A DNA stretch of 64,000 bases, taken from NCBI GenBank assembly GCA_951406725.2, contig OX597835.1, positions 15,686,001-15,750,000 on the forward strand, read 5' to 3'. Numbering within the stretch: the first letter of the stretch is position 1; each line of letters begins with the position of its first letter. Source of the DNA: Octopus vulgaris (lineage: Eukaryota). A program made the translations under genes and the position numbers. The notes beneath the pieces were generated by a model. The model saw only the letters and a program-made list of their open reading frames with translations, was not told the origin of the DNA and did no database searches. Shown here piece by piece: positions 54,401 to 60,182 of this stretch.

Positions 54401-55627
54401 GAGCATCGTTATCATACAAATATGATGGTGTTAGTTTCCAGTCTTCTGTGCCAACCATTGTCTAGCCATGACCTCTCCTTCTCACAGACATGCATGCATA
54501 CAAGCACACATGCACACAGACATGTTATGGGTTACTTTATTACTTTCATGTATATCCTGATGGATTTTTTTTTTTTCTTGGTAATATTAAAGCTTAGATT
54601 TGTTTTGAATTTCAGAAAGTAACAGTAGGGAATGATGGTTCCTGGAGCTCAGCAATTGCAGAACACATCAGGCACAATGATAAATCTCTTCTTGAAACTT
54701 GTGATCGATTAGTTGCTAGTTATGAACAAGAAATGTTGCCCTGTGAATCTATCATGGAATTCTTTGATGTATTTGGTAAGAGAGTTCTATATTTCTTCAT
54801 TACTATTCCTTGATAATTTCCTTTCACTTTTTTCGTAAAAAGCACCCACTACACTCACGGAGTGGTTGGCGTTAGGAAGGGCATCCAGCTGTAGAAACAT
54901 TGCCAGATAAGACTGGAGCCTGGTGCAGCCTTCTGGCTTCCCAGATCCCCGGTCGAACCGTCCAACCCATGCTAGCATGGAGAACGGACGTTAAACGATG
55001 ATGATGATGATGATGATGATATATGGGATGAGGTGGTGAAGCATGACCTTCGAACATTGGGCCTCACAGAGGCAATGACAAAAGACCGAGACCTCTGGAG
55101 GTATGATGTGACTGAGAAGCCCCTAGCAAATAAAGTGAGTTCACAGCTGTAACCTACACCAGTGTTGCATAACCAGCCCACTCAAAAGTACCTTGGATGC
55201 CGTGCTTGAGGAGACCTATTGAGTCAAGAACATCAACGTCAACAGCAATATCGAAATCAAATCAAATGGAAATTGTAGTTGTGACCCCCATGTCGGTAGC
55301 ATGTAAAAAGCACCATCCAAACGTGGCCGATGCCAGTGCCACTTTGACTGGCTTCTGTGCCGGTGGCATGTAAAAAGTACCATCCGATCGTGGTCGATGC
55401 CAGCTCCTCTGGCCCCTGTGCTGGTAGCACATAAAAAGCACCCACTACACTCTCAGAGTGGTTGGCATTAGGAAGGGCATCCAGCTGTAGAAACACTGCC
55501 AGATCAGATTGGGGTGTAGTGCAGCCTCCTGGCTTCCTAGACCGCAGTCGAACCATCCAACCCATGCCAGCATGGAAAACAGGCATTAAACGATGATATA
55601 TATGTATATATGTATGATGATATATAG

Positions 55628-55659
<32 letters not shown>

Positions 55660-56413
55660 ATGTATGTGTGTGTGTATGATGATATATGCATGTATGTATG
55701 ATGATGTATATATATATATATTATACATAATTAGGATAAAGTCATTATTTAATGCTTTATCAGTGGCCAGCATACTAATAGTACCATAATGGTTAATTTA
55801 TATTGAAGTATAATTATAATAAGGGCCATGAAAAATGACAATGCCTGTCTGCTAGAAAGAGACCCCAAATGGTCTATAAAGCTTGTGGTGATGGAGCAAT
55901 AATTTAAGTGGGTCTCTTTTGCCCTTAATATAATTTTGTAATTTTACTTAAATATCTTAATATATAAAAGTGAAGTTGTGTGTGTCTCCTACGATTTAGA
56001 TTCCTAACTACTCCCACATTTTGCAGTGCAGTTTAACCAAAACCGGGTATCTTATAGTCGTGATTCATATCGAGCCCTTCTGGGTATTAGCATGAGTCTA
56101 CGATTTTAAAAATAATTTACCATCATTTTTTTCCATATTTAATGTATTTTTTTGCTATTTTTTGGTTATAACTCTCTAAAAATACTTATATAGTTATCTC
56201 CCTTAGAAACCCGAGCAACGCCGGGCGATACTGCTAGTATATATATATATATATATATAGTTATTCATTGTAATTCTATAATAAACTCACTCAATTTTAC
56301 TTGTCTTTGCAGGTCTCTTAGAAGATGTTCCCAATCCTGAACAGTTCTTCACGAATCTTTTATCTTCTTTTACTACACCTTCTACTAACAGATCTTCAGC
56401 AACATCCCACTAA
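505..56413 (+). CDS. UBR4: E3 ubiquitin-protein ligase UBR4 (p600/Poe), 3' portion; 46 coding exons in window, 5' end outside window
   Basis: 46 AG/GT-bounded exons join in one frame (5778 nt, 1925 aa + TAA). Translation matches UBR4 hallmarks: [120 protein letters not shown]. Confidence 0.97.
718..919. mobile_element. TTAA-flanked piggyBac-like MITE family B (related copies near 3165-3375, 18394-18621, 37158-37375, 48001-48170)
   Basis: termini (C)CTTTAGCATT...AATGCTAAAGG followed by TTAA; shared internal sequence across copies. Confidence 0.6.
1124..1409 (+). mobile_element. abundant (GAT)n-tailed repeat = 5'-truncated RTE-type LINE 3' UTR (other + copies approx. 1489-1610, 3916-4177, 8123-8428, 11465-11609, 11941-12203, 13446-13903, 23595-23880, 26075-26262, 30060-30441, 53750-54122, 54835-55020)
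   Basis: shared core GGTTGGCGTTAGGAAGGGCATCCAGCTGTAGAAAC...CCAACCCATGCTAGCATGGAAA..GACGTTAAACGATGATGAT; fixed 3' end, variable 5' truncation. Confidence 0.8.
1686..1874 (+). CDS. UBR4: UBR4 exon 2
   Basis: ttgcag|(D)[31 protein letters not shown]...KDSAPNMNT|gtaatt; phase 1-1. Confidence 0.92.
2163..2806 (-). mobile_element. non-autonomous Helitron-like element
   Basis: minus strand starts A|TCTATAACAATAA and ends ...GGGTACCTCAGCTAG|T, sitting in a (TA)n tract; no TSD; contains a 35-nt T run at 2646-2680. Confidence 0.6.
2842..3034 (+). CDS. UBR4: UBR4 exon 3
   Basis: ttccag|(E)ANEDNG...[26 protein letters not shown](R)|gtattt; phase 1-2. Confidence 0.92.
3383..3535 (-). mobile_element. 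RTE-type LINE 3' UTR copy, minus strand (others approx. 28501-28707, 31220-31534, 37649-37850, 40930-41290, 45575-45868, 47438-47675, 61298-61530)
   Basis: (ATC)n then CGTTTAATGTCCGCTTTCCATGCTGGCATGGGTTGGAC...GGATGCCCTTCCTAA, the reverse complement of the family above. Confidence 0.8.
3683..3900 (+). mobile_element. tRNA-derived SINE (related copies approx. 23930-24250, 46740-46980, 58584-58710)
   Basis: A-box-like TGGCTCAGTG, B-box-like GAGTTCGATTCCC in the better copies, then TTGTGTTCTTGAGCAAGACACTTTATTTCA core. Confidence 0.6.
4329..4476 (+). CDS. UBR4: UBR4 exon 4
   Basis: attcag|[49 protein letters not shown]|gttggt; phase 2-0. Confidence 0.93.
4883..4968 (+). CDS. UBR4: UBR4 exon 5
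   Basis: ctccag|[28 protein letters not shown](N)|gtaaga; phase 0-2. Confidence 0.93.
5302..5521. mobile_element. piggyBac-like MITE family A, about 220 bp (copies 27223-27444, 39666-39886, 39918-40137, 59325-59545)
   Basis: TTAA|CCCTTT(C/T)GTTAC ... GTAAC(A/G)AAAGGG|TTAA; five near-identical copies each flanked by TTAA. Confidence 0.85.
5619..5706 (+). CDS. UBR4: UBR4 exon 6
   Basis: ttgcag|[29 protein letters not shown]|gtaagt; phase 2-0. Confidence 0.95.
5990..6290 (+). mobile_element. decayed RTE LINE ORF 3' end
   Basis: [30 protein letters not shown] readable with stops. Confidence 0.65.
6689..6817 (+). CDS. UBR4: UBR4 exon 7
   Basis: ttttag|[43 protein letters not shown]|gtaact; phase 0-0. 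Confidence 0.95.
7322..7568 (+). mobile_element. 5'-truncated RTE-group LINE 3' end with open ORF tail
   Basis: [28 protein letters not shown]...[16 protein letters not shown]...[11 protein letters not shown] then TGA and a (TGA)n tail; RR..FAGHC.R and DR..WR motifs. Confidence 0.75.
7930..7994 (+). CDS. UBR4: UBR4 exon 8
   Basis: ttgtag|[21 protein letters not shown](K)|gtaaat; phase 0-2. Confidence 0.94.
8622..8682 (+). CDS. UBR4: UBR4 exon 9
   Basis: tttcag|[20 protein letters not shown]|gtaagt; phase 2-0. Confidence 0.93.
8833..9011 (+). CDS. UBR4: UBR4 exon 10 (Cys-rich region)
   Basis: ttttag|[59 protein letters not shown](R)|gtaagg; phase 0-2. Confidence 0.96.
9070..9338. repeat. 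fold-back inverted repeat, 106-bp arms (9070-9175 and 9233-9338)
   Basis: ATTATATAAAAGGGCTTAGTAAAATAAATTACTTTGCCAC... is mirrored by ...GTGGCAAAGTAATTTATTTTACTAAGCCCTTTTATATAAT; lies between (TA)n tracts. Confidence 0.9.
9483..9943 (-). mobile_element. full-length tRNA-derived SINE with internal (TA)n/(CA)n (copies 25171-25560 +, 34491-34901 +, 43540-43922 +, 46284-46694 -, many partial)
   Basis: head GGCGCAGGAGTGGCTGTGTGGTAAG...GGTTCAGTCCC (A/B-box-like), tail GACTGAAACAAGTAAAAGAG; the 25171 copy has a 20-bp TSD ATTTAGAAAG(C/T)TTATATAAT at 25150-25169 and 25566-25585. Confidence 0.85.
10609..10820. mobile_element. hAT (Charlie-like) MITE
   Basis: starts CAGTGGTTTTCAACC, ends CACTG; 8-bp TSD CTCTAGAC at 10601-10608 and 10821-10828; internal GGGGTTCCGC subrepeats. 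Confidence 0.8.
11121..11259 (+). CDS. UBR4: UBR4 exon 11 (Cys-rich region)
   Basis: ttgtag|[46 protein letters not shown]|gtatgt; phase 2-0. Confidence 0.96.
12307..12432 (+). CDS. UBR4: UBR4 exon 12
   Basis: ttttag|[42 protein letters not shown]|gtaagt; phase 0-0. Confidence 0.94.
12670..12735 (+). CDS. UBR4: candidate alternative (cassette) UBR4 exon, 22 aa
   Basis: tttttacag|[22 protein letters not shown]|gttagt; 66 nt, phase 0-0 like its intron, no stop; no homology support. Confidence 0.45.
14130..15502. repeat. (AAT)n microsatellite field interrupted by SINE fragments and a LINE tail
   Basis: multiple AATAATAAT runs alternate with minus-strand SINE pieces and the 14796-15365 element. 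Confidence 0.85.
14796..15365 (+). mobile_element. (AAT)n-tailed non-LTR retrotransposon 3' fragment inside an AAT repeat
   Basis: about 550 bp of GC-balanced non-coding sequence bounded by (AAT)n on both sides, ending CTCTCACTC(AAT)n. Confidence 0.55.
16779..16835 (+). CDS. UBR4: candidate alternative terminal or poison UBR4 exon
   Basis: strong pyrimidine tract cctatttttccccacag| then [21 protein letters not shown] in phase 0; no homology support. Confidence 0.3.
   Translation: MLICRTSNSTSTVSVSPV
18756..19005. mobile_element. 250-bp insertion containing a near-perfect 194-bp palindrome, 11-bp TSD
   Basis: hairpin 18754-18947 (GTGGTTGTATACTGT...ACAGTATACAACCAC); AAAGTTGGTGT duplicated at 18745-18755 and 19006-19016. 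Confidence 0.8.
19857..19976 (+). CDS. UBR4: UBR4 exon 13
   Basis: tttcag|[40 protein letters not shown]|gtattt; phase 0-0. Confidence 0.94.
20760..20932 (+). CDS. UBR4: UBR4 exon 14
   Basis: taatag|[57 protein letters not shown](S)|gtaaaa; phase 0-2. Confidence 0.9.
21279..21578 (+). mobile_element. young tRNA-derived SINE with TSD
   Basis: TGGCCCAGTGGTTAGG A box, GGTTTCGATTCCC B box; ATATTTCTTAA duplicated at 21268-21278 and 21579-21589. Confidence 0.85.
21749..21860 (+). CDS. UBR4: UBR4 exon 15
   Basis: ttttag|[37 protein letters not shown]|gtagat; phase 2-0. Confidence 0.94.
22401..22583 (+). CDS. UBR4: UBR4 exon 16
   Basis: cctcag|[33 protein letters not shown]...LSNPDL|gtacgt; phase 0-0. 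Confidence 0.95.
23479..23563 (+). CDS. UBR4: UBR4 exon 17
   Basis: ttttag|[28 protein letters not shown]|gtaagt; phase 0-1. Confidence 0.94.
24502..24626 (+). CDS. UBR4: UBR4 exon 18
   Basis: tttcag|(V)[41 protein letters not shown]|gtaatt; phase 1-0. Confidence 0.93.
24745..24780 (+). ncRNA. degenerate minimal type I hammerhead-like motif (Penelope-like relic)
   Basis: CTTT-CTGTAGA-A-GAGC-ATAG-GCTC-GAAA-CA-TA-AAAG: stems I and II pair, core deviates from CUGANGA at one base. Confidence 0.45.
24941..25076 (+). CDS. UBR4: UBR4 exon 19
   Basis: ttacag|[45 protein letters not shown]|gttatt; phase 0-1. Confidence 0.9.
26315..26530. mobile_element. mariner-type MITE
   Basis: TA|CAAGGGAGTGCTGCAAAGTTCCTGG ... 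CCAGGAACTTTGCAGCAGCCCCTTA|TA inverted termini with TA flanks. Confidence 0.75.
26818..27079 (+). CDS. UBR4: UBR4 exon 20
   Basis: gtttag|(A)[34 protein letters not shown]...SWLRQAMF...QMIDLLT(T)|gtaagc; phase 1-2. Confidence 0.93.
28039..28180 (+). CDS. UBR4: UBR4 exon 21
   Basis: ttgcag|[47 protein letters not shown]|gtaatt; phase 2-0. Confidence 0.94.
29370..29451 (+). CDS. UBR4: UBR4 exon 22
   Basis: ttacag|[27 protein letters not shown]|gtaata; phase 0-1. Confidence 0.94.
29585..29758 (+). CDS. UBR4: UBR4 exon 23
   Basis: ttccag|(E)[12 protein letters not shown]...[35 protein letters not shown]|gtaagt; phase 1-1. Confidence 0.96.
30133..30288 (+). repeat. 26-bp minisatellite (5 identical units + 1 variant) inside an RTE 3' UTR copy
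   Basis: TAAAAAGCATTGGTGCTGGTGTCACA x5 then TAAAAAGCACTGGTGCTGGTGGCACG. Confidence 0.9.
30890..31011 (+). CDS. UBR4: UBR4 exon 24
   Basis: ctccag|(G)[40 protein letters not shown]|gtaata; phase 1-0. Confidence 0.96.
32523..32676 (+). CDS. UBR4: UBR4 exon 25
   Basis: ttgtag|[51 protein letters not shown]|gtattt; phase 0-1. Confidence 0.96.
33047..33090 (+). CDS. UBR4: UBR4 exon 26
   Basis: ttttag|(D)[14 protein letters not shown]|gtaagc; phase 1-0. Confidence 0.94.
33470..33546 (+). mobile_element. Helitron-like 3' end
   Basis: hairpin CCCGAGCAACGCCGGG, then CGATACTGCTAG|T followed by (TA)n; same end as the 55955-56237 element. Confidence 0.7.
33650..33733 (+). CDS. UBR4: UBR4 exon 27
   Basis: ttatag|[28 protein letters not shown]|gtaaga; phase 0-0. 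Confidence 0.95.
34338..34425 (+). CDS. UBR4: UBR4 exon 28
   Basis: cgccag|[29 protein letters not shown]|gtaagg; phase 0-1. Confidence 0.95.
34955..35036 (+). CDS. UBR4: UBR4 exon 29
   Basis: ttatag|(D)[26 protein letters not shown](R)|gttcgt; phase 1-2. Confidence 0.93.
35423..35907. mobile_element. Penelope-like non-autonomous insertion with inverted arms and two hammerhead-like motifs, itself interrupted by a SINE
   Basis: 12-bp TSD TATTAAGCTGAT at 35411-35422 and 35908-35919; inverted arms approx. 35698-35789 and 35834-35909. Confidence 0.6.
35432..35664 (+). mobile_element. tRNA-derived SINE (GGCGGCGAGCTGGCAGAA family; copies approx. 14560-14762 -, 38249-38460 +, 44860-45070 +, 60708-60935 -)
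   Basis: GAGTTCAAATTCC B box, conserved GCCTTTCATCCTTTCGGGGTCGATAAA block; TSD TACAGTTCTA at 35422-35431 and 35665-35674. Confidence 0.85.
36613..36748. mobile_element. small piggyBac-like MITE family C
   Basis: TTAA|CCCTTTGAGCC ... GGCTCAAAGGG|TTAA. Confidence 0.8.
36895..37048 (+). CDS. UBR4: UBR4 exon 30
   Basis: ttacag|[51 protein letters not shown]|gtaagg; phase 2-0. Confidence 0.94.
38075..38200 (+). CDS. UBR4: UBR4 exon 31
   Basis: ttgtag|[42 protein letters not shown]|gtaatt; phase 0-0. Confidence 0.92.
39160..39350 (+). CDS. UBR4: UBR4 exon 32
   Basis: tgtcag|[63 protein letters not shown](K)|gtaagt; phase 0-2. Confidence 0.95.
41704..41776 (+). CDS. UBR4: UBR4 exon 33
   Basis: ttccag|[24 protein letters not shown]|gtaagt; phase 2-0. 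Confidence 0.93.
42936..43042 (+). CDS. UBR4: UBR4 exon 34
   Basis: ttctag|[35 protein letters not shown](G)|gtaagt; phase 0-2. Confidence 0.92.
43174..43206 (+). CDS. UBR4: candidate 33-nt alternative microexon of UBR4
   Basis: ttcactgttgcag|C ACA AGT TGT CAG AGT CGT ACA GAA GAA ATG AG|gtgaat; phase 2-2 matching its intron; adds [11 protein letters not shown]. Confidence 0.5.
44268..44367 (+). CDS. UBR4: UBR4 exon 35
   Basis: ttttag|[33 protein letters not shown]|gtagtt; phase 2-0. Confidence 0.93.
46108..46236 (+). CDS. UBR4: UBR4 exon 36
   Basis: tggcag|[43 protein letters not shown]|gtacgt; phase 0-0. Confidence 0.94.
48314..48403 (+). CDS. UBR4: UBR4 exon 37
   Basis: ctttag|[30 protein letters not shown]|gtgagt; phase 0-0. 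Confidence 0.95.
48607..49050 (+). mobile_element. Tc1/mariner-superfamily transposase relic
   Basis: CAGGGTGG terminus; [43 protein letters not shown]...VKNKVYE catalytic-domain motifs with frameshifts. Confidence 0.85.
49080..49800 (-). pseudogene. decayed protein-coding relic of unknown identity, antisense in UBR4 intron 37
   Basis: about 230 codons of protein-like sequence with 4 in-frame stops and about 2 frameshifts; includes the 108-aa open segment 49282-49608. Confidence 0.5.
49833..49955 (+). CDS. UBR4: UBR4 exon 38 (start of hemiRING, CCIC)
   Basis: tttcag|[41 protein letters not shown]|gttagt; phase 0-0. Confidence 0.96.
50586..50719 (+). CDS. UBR4: UBR4 exon 39 (hemiRING HxxC)
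   Basis: gaatag|[44 protein letters not shown](R)|gtttgt; phase 0-2. Confidence 0.96.
50833..50958 (+). CDS. UBR4: UBR4 exon 40
   Basis: gattag|[41 protein letters not shown](R)|gtaagt; phase 2-2. Confidence 0.96.
51494..51688 (+). CDS. UBR4: UBR4 exon 41
   Basis: cttcag|[16 protein letters not shown]...[29 protein letters not shown](T)|gtgagt; phase 2-2. Confidence 0.96.
52461..52545 (+). CDS. UBR4: UBR4 exon 42
   Basis: tttcag|[28 protein letters not shown]|gtaaag; phase 2-0. Confidence 0.94.
52674..52813 (+). CDS. UBR4: UBR4 exon 43
   Basis: caacag|[46 protein letters not shown](A)|gtaagt; phase 0-2. Confidence 0.93.
53588..53681 (+). CDS. UBR4: UBR4 exon 44
   Basis: ttacag|[31 protein letters not shown]|gtgagt; phase 2-0. 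Confidence 0.93.
54616..54775 (+). CDS. UBR4: UBR4 exon 45
   Basis: tttcag|[53 protein letters not shown]|gtaaga; phase 0-1. Confidence 0.94.
55021..55596 (+). mobile_element. longer RTE LINE copy: ORF C-terminus joined to the abundant (GAT)n-tailed 3' UTR
   Basis: [29 protein letters not shown]...TAA followed by the same UTR sequence as the high-copy family. Confidence 0.8.
55955..56237 (+). mobile_element. non-autonomous Helitron
   Basis: A|TCTTAATATATAAAAG start, subterminal GC hairpin, CTAG|T end, no TSD. Confidence 0.75.
56313..56413 (+). CDS. UBR4: UBR4 last coding exon (46) with stop
   Basis: ttgcag|(G)[35 protein letters not shown]; resembles the UBR4 C-terminus GLL....PE.F...LL. 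Confidence 0.93.
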
Positions 56414-57530
56414 ATGTTTCTTCTGCCTCTTTTTCTTTGGGGGGGAAAAAGATTTGGTGATCACTTCTGGCAACTTTCACACATTGCCTACTTGTACAAT
56501 AAAACAGTACTATAACAGTAATTTCTATGTTTAAATTATGTTGTCTCTCGCATGTTTCCGACTAAGTATTAATGATTCCATCTGTAAGGTAATGTTACTC
56601 TTCCCTGTAAAGTTGATGATAGCTTTATGATCTTGGCTGTGACCACTTGGAGCAAGTTTCTCACTAATCAACTAAATTAACTTATTACTTATATTTTGTA
56701 TCAACTAAGTTGCAGGTGTACTTTTTTTTTTTGCAAGTTTTGTTGCAATAATTACGTAAGTAATATAATAATAGTATATGATAATGATATATGATAATAT
56801 ATATAAATGTTAAGTTTTTTTCTGAGGGGAAATTATGCTTTGTTTCCTATTATGTTAGTTAAGGCTGCAAATACCTTCAGAAAATGAAGCATTTAATTTG
56901 ACACCTTCTCAGTGAAAATATGTTAAACCAGTTTTTAAAACTAAGATAGCTGACAGGATAATCCTAGGAATAAGATTATATATGCTGAAGAATTAGTTCT
57001 ATTTTGATTAAACATTGGAATTCTGGAATTCAGAGAATAAGACTAAGTCTTCAGTTTCTTCTGGTTTTAATTTTTATTGAAGACATTGTGTTTTAATTAT
57101 CTTGGATTAAAAATAATTTATTAAAACAAATATTTTCTCCAACCAATTGTTTTGTCAAGAAGAAAGCCCCTGTTCTATTTAGGTCTTTCCGACAAGTTTT
57201 GTTTTGTAATTTATTTGAAAGAACATGTAACATTGCTGCTATTAAGTGATTTTATTTTTTGACTCAGTCAGTGGACATTTTGCCAGAACTGTTTCTTGAG
57301 GATGCATGTTGCTTTTTTTTTTCATTACTATTATTATTATTGATGCCTAATGTTTCTACAAAAAAAAAGAAAAATGAAAAACCAAAACATTCTTCATCAG
57401 TTTGGATTAAATGTTCCTGTCGTCAAACCAATGGGGCTTCTTTATCCGAAATTAATTTCAGAATGAAGCACTAAAATATTTTTGCTTGATTATTAAAACA
57501 TATTAAAATATATTCTATTGTTGTGTTTAC
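56414..57530 (+). other. probable UBR4 3' UTR with candidate polyadenylation signals
   Basis: repeat-free U-rich stretch after the stop; AATAAA at 56498-56503, ATTAAA at 57492-57497 and 57502-57507; end point is a guess. Confidence 0.55.
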
Positions 57531-57661
57531 AAAATTGAGTGGGTTTTTTTAAAAGAAAAAAAAAAAAAAAGAAATGAAAAAGAAAAACAACAAAGATTTC
57601 TGATGAGTTTTTAGTAAATATTTTAAAAATTAATTACAGTCTGTTTAATTAATCTCTTATG

Positions 57662-58018
57662 TTAGTTAGTTAATTTAGCTCAAAAGCAAATAGCAAGGCC
57701 ATGTAGGGGGACATGGAGTTAAGTACAGGGTGGTGTTCATGTAAAGAGTTCAGGCCACTTGAGGTCAAGGGAAGCTTTGAACAAAGCGGTCGTCGGCATC
57801 TTCACCATCTCGTCTGGCAGCTTGTTCCACGGATCCGCAACCCGGACGGAGAAAGCTCCTCTCCTTCGATTGAGATGAAATCGTCGCAGGTAGAGCTTTT
57901 TGGAATGACCCCGCAGCCGACGCTCTGGAGTAGGAGTGAAGAACAGCTCTTTCGAGAGGTTACTCTTTCCGCTTATGATGTTGTGGGCGAGAATGAGATC
58001 ACCACGGAGATCACCACT
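57662..58018 (-). mobile_element. 5'-truncated CR1-group LINE 3' end
   Basis: minus strand reads LRGDLILAHNIISG...RRLRGHSKKLYLRRFHLNRRRGAFSVRVADPWNKLPDEMV...FKASLD; short (TAAC)n-like tail. Confidence 0.85.
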
Positions 58019-60029
58019 TTGTCGGATCTATGTTGGGTGGTTAACCTGTAACCTAATTTACCTTGAATTAAAGTTTGTTCCCAAGAACATAAGGAACAGT
58101 CCTTCTATGACGATGGCTAAGTCACTCTGTATTTCATGCTCTGAGAATCTTATTGTCATCGTTGTTGTTGGCATTTGAACATCTATTCTTCCATTTTCCC
58201 CTGCTTGCAGGGGTCGGACAGAATTTCCTGAGGCAGATTTTTTTCTGTGGCCAGATGCCCTTTCTGTTATCTGTTTCCAAGTTAGATAATATTGCCCCAT
58301 GGCCAGACATGGCTTCTGTGGAAGATTGAAAACAAAAGACACTGCTTATGACAGGGATGTTTATTTACAACTATCACACTTTGTCAAGACAGGGGGGGGG
58401 GGACACATGCACACACGATGGGCTTCTTTCAGTTTCTGTCTACCAAATACACTCAAGGCTTTCATTGGTCCATGATTATAGTAGAAGGAAGATACCCAAG
58501 ATGCCATGCAATGGTCCTGAACCAGAAATCATGTCATTGGGAAACAAAATTTTTAACTACACACACACACAGATATATATGTGAGGGCGCATGGCCTAAT
58601 AGTTAGGGTGTTGTACTCATGACTGTGAGATCTTGGTTTCAATTCTTAGATTCGGTGGTGCATTGTGTTCTTCAGCAAAACACTTAATCTCACGTTGTTC
58701 TGTGATCACATTTGGCACAGCACATCAGACATCACCAATTTGATCACTATAAACAGATTGTTTGTGCAGGTTGTTCTGCAAGCTGAACACTCATACATCG
58801 TCTTTGAACAGGAGAGTCCATCATATATTATATATATGTATTACACCACACACAGACACACACACATGATGTTTCCTTGTTTTGATATTGCACCATAGTT
58901 GTAAGAACCGATATGGTGAAACTGCAAGTTTTATTGTTGAGTCGAGCGATGTAACTTCCACCATTGCTGGACCTAATGTCAAACTTAGATTAAACCAAAC
59001 GTCCGTTAAGTGACCTCGGAAAGCTAGAGAGACTATTCAGCCACAGAAACCCTCTTTTTAAGACTCTTCTCAATTACAGGGTCTTCACCTACACTGCACT
59101 CATGACCAAACCAAGAGCATGGGGTTGGTATTTTTGTTTGGTTATTTTTTTAAGATAGAAGAGCGGCAGTAATATGATCTTTTCCAGCCATTCTAGATTT
59201 GGTGAGACTGATGGATGTAGCTGATGTAAGAAAATAATAGCAGGGTGACATTTGGAGAGGAGCTGCAGCTCTGGGAAGAAGAGAGCATAGAGGTTGTTGG
59301 TGGGTGACTCACTTTGACCCTTAACCCTTTCGTTACTGTATTTATTTTGAGATGCTTTGTGTTTCTTTCGATTCCTTTAAATATCATAGAGAATTTAGTA
59401 AAATAACTTAGTAATCATTCAGCTAGTGTTTTAGGAACAAATTGTGACTAAGGTTTGATGGAAGATTTTAATTCAAAACTTATAAAAACAAGACATTTGT
59501 ACTCAGAGCCAGAGCCGGTATTCAGCCGGGTTGGCAACGAAAGGGTTAATGACCAGATCCAGCCCAAATAGTTTTTGTGCTCAGACCAGCCAGGCCTGCA
59601 TTCTCACACCTACCTTACAATGTCATTCTTAAAATATACAGTTAAATTGTCAAAACCCCAGACCTACAAGTTAATGCAGGATTATTTCAAAGCAACGTGT
59701 ACAAATGAGCATTTCACTGAACCGAGTAATCCCAATGCAAAAGGGTTGAATCAGCAAAGTAACTCTTTTCTCAATGCTGCTTCGAATGTTAGTCGTAACA
59801 CTTCTCCCAGATATGTTGGTGTGTGTGTGTCCCATCACCACTTGGTAACCGGTGTCGGTGTGTTTACGTCCCCACAACTTAGTGGTTTGGCAAAAGGGAT
59901 TGATAGAATAGCACCAGGTTTAGCTAATAAAAATTAAGTACCAGGGTGCGATTCATTCGACTAAATGTTCTTCAAGGTGGTGCTCCAGCATGGTCGCTGT
60001 CTAATGACAGCCCAGTTAAAGGTTATATA

Positions 60030-60071
<42 letters not shown>

Positions 60072-60147
60072 GTTAATCCAAACATGAAAACACAACAACG
60101 CGAGGACGTGGAACAAATATAGTATTATTGGACGCTCAAGAAGGAGG

Positions 60148-60182
60148 GTTTAACGTTTCAAGCGGAGCTCTTTGTCGGAAAC
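60148..60182 (-). ncRNA. degenerate minimal type I hammerhead-like motif (Penelope-like relic)
   Basis: minus strand GTTT-CCGACAA-A-GAGC-TCC-GCTT-GAAA-CG-TT-AAAC. Confidence 0.45.
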
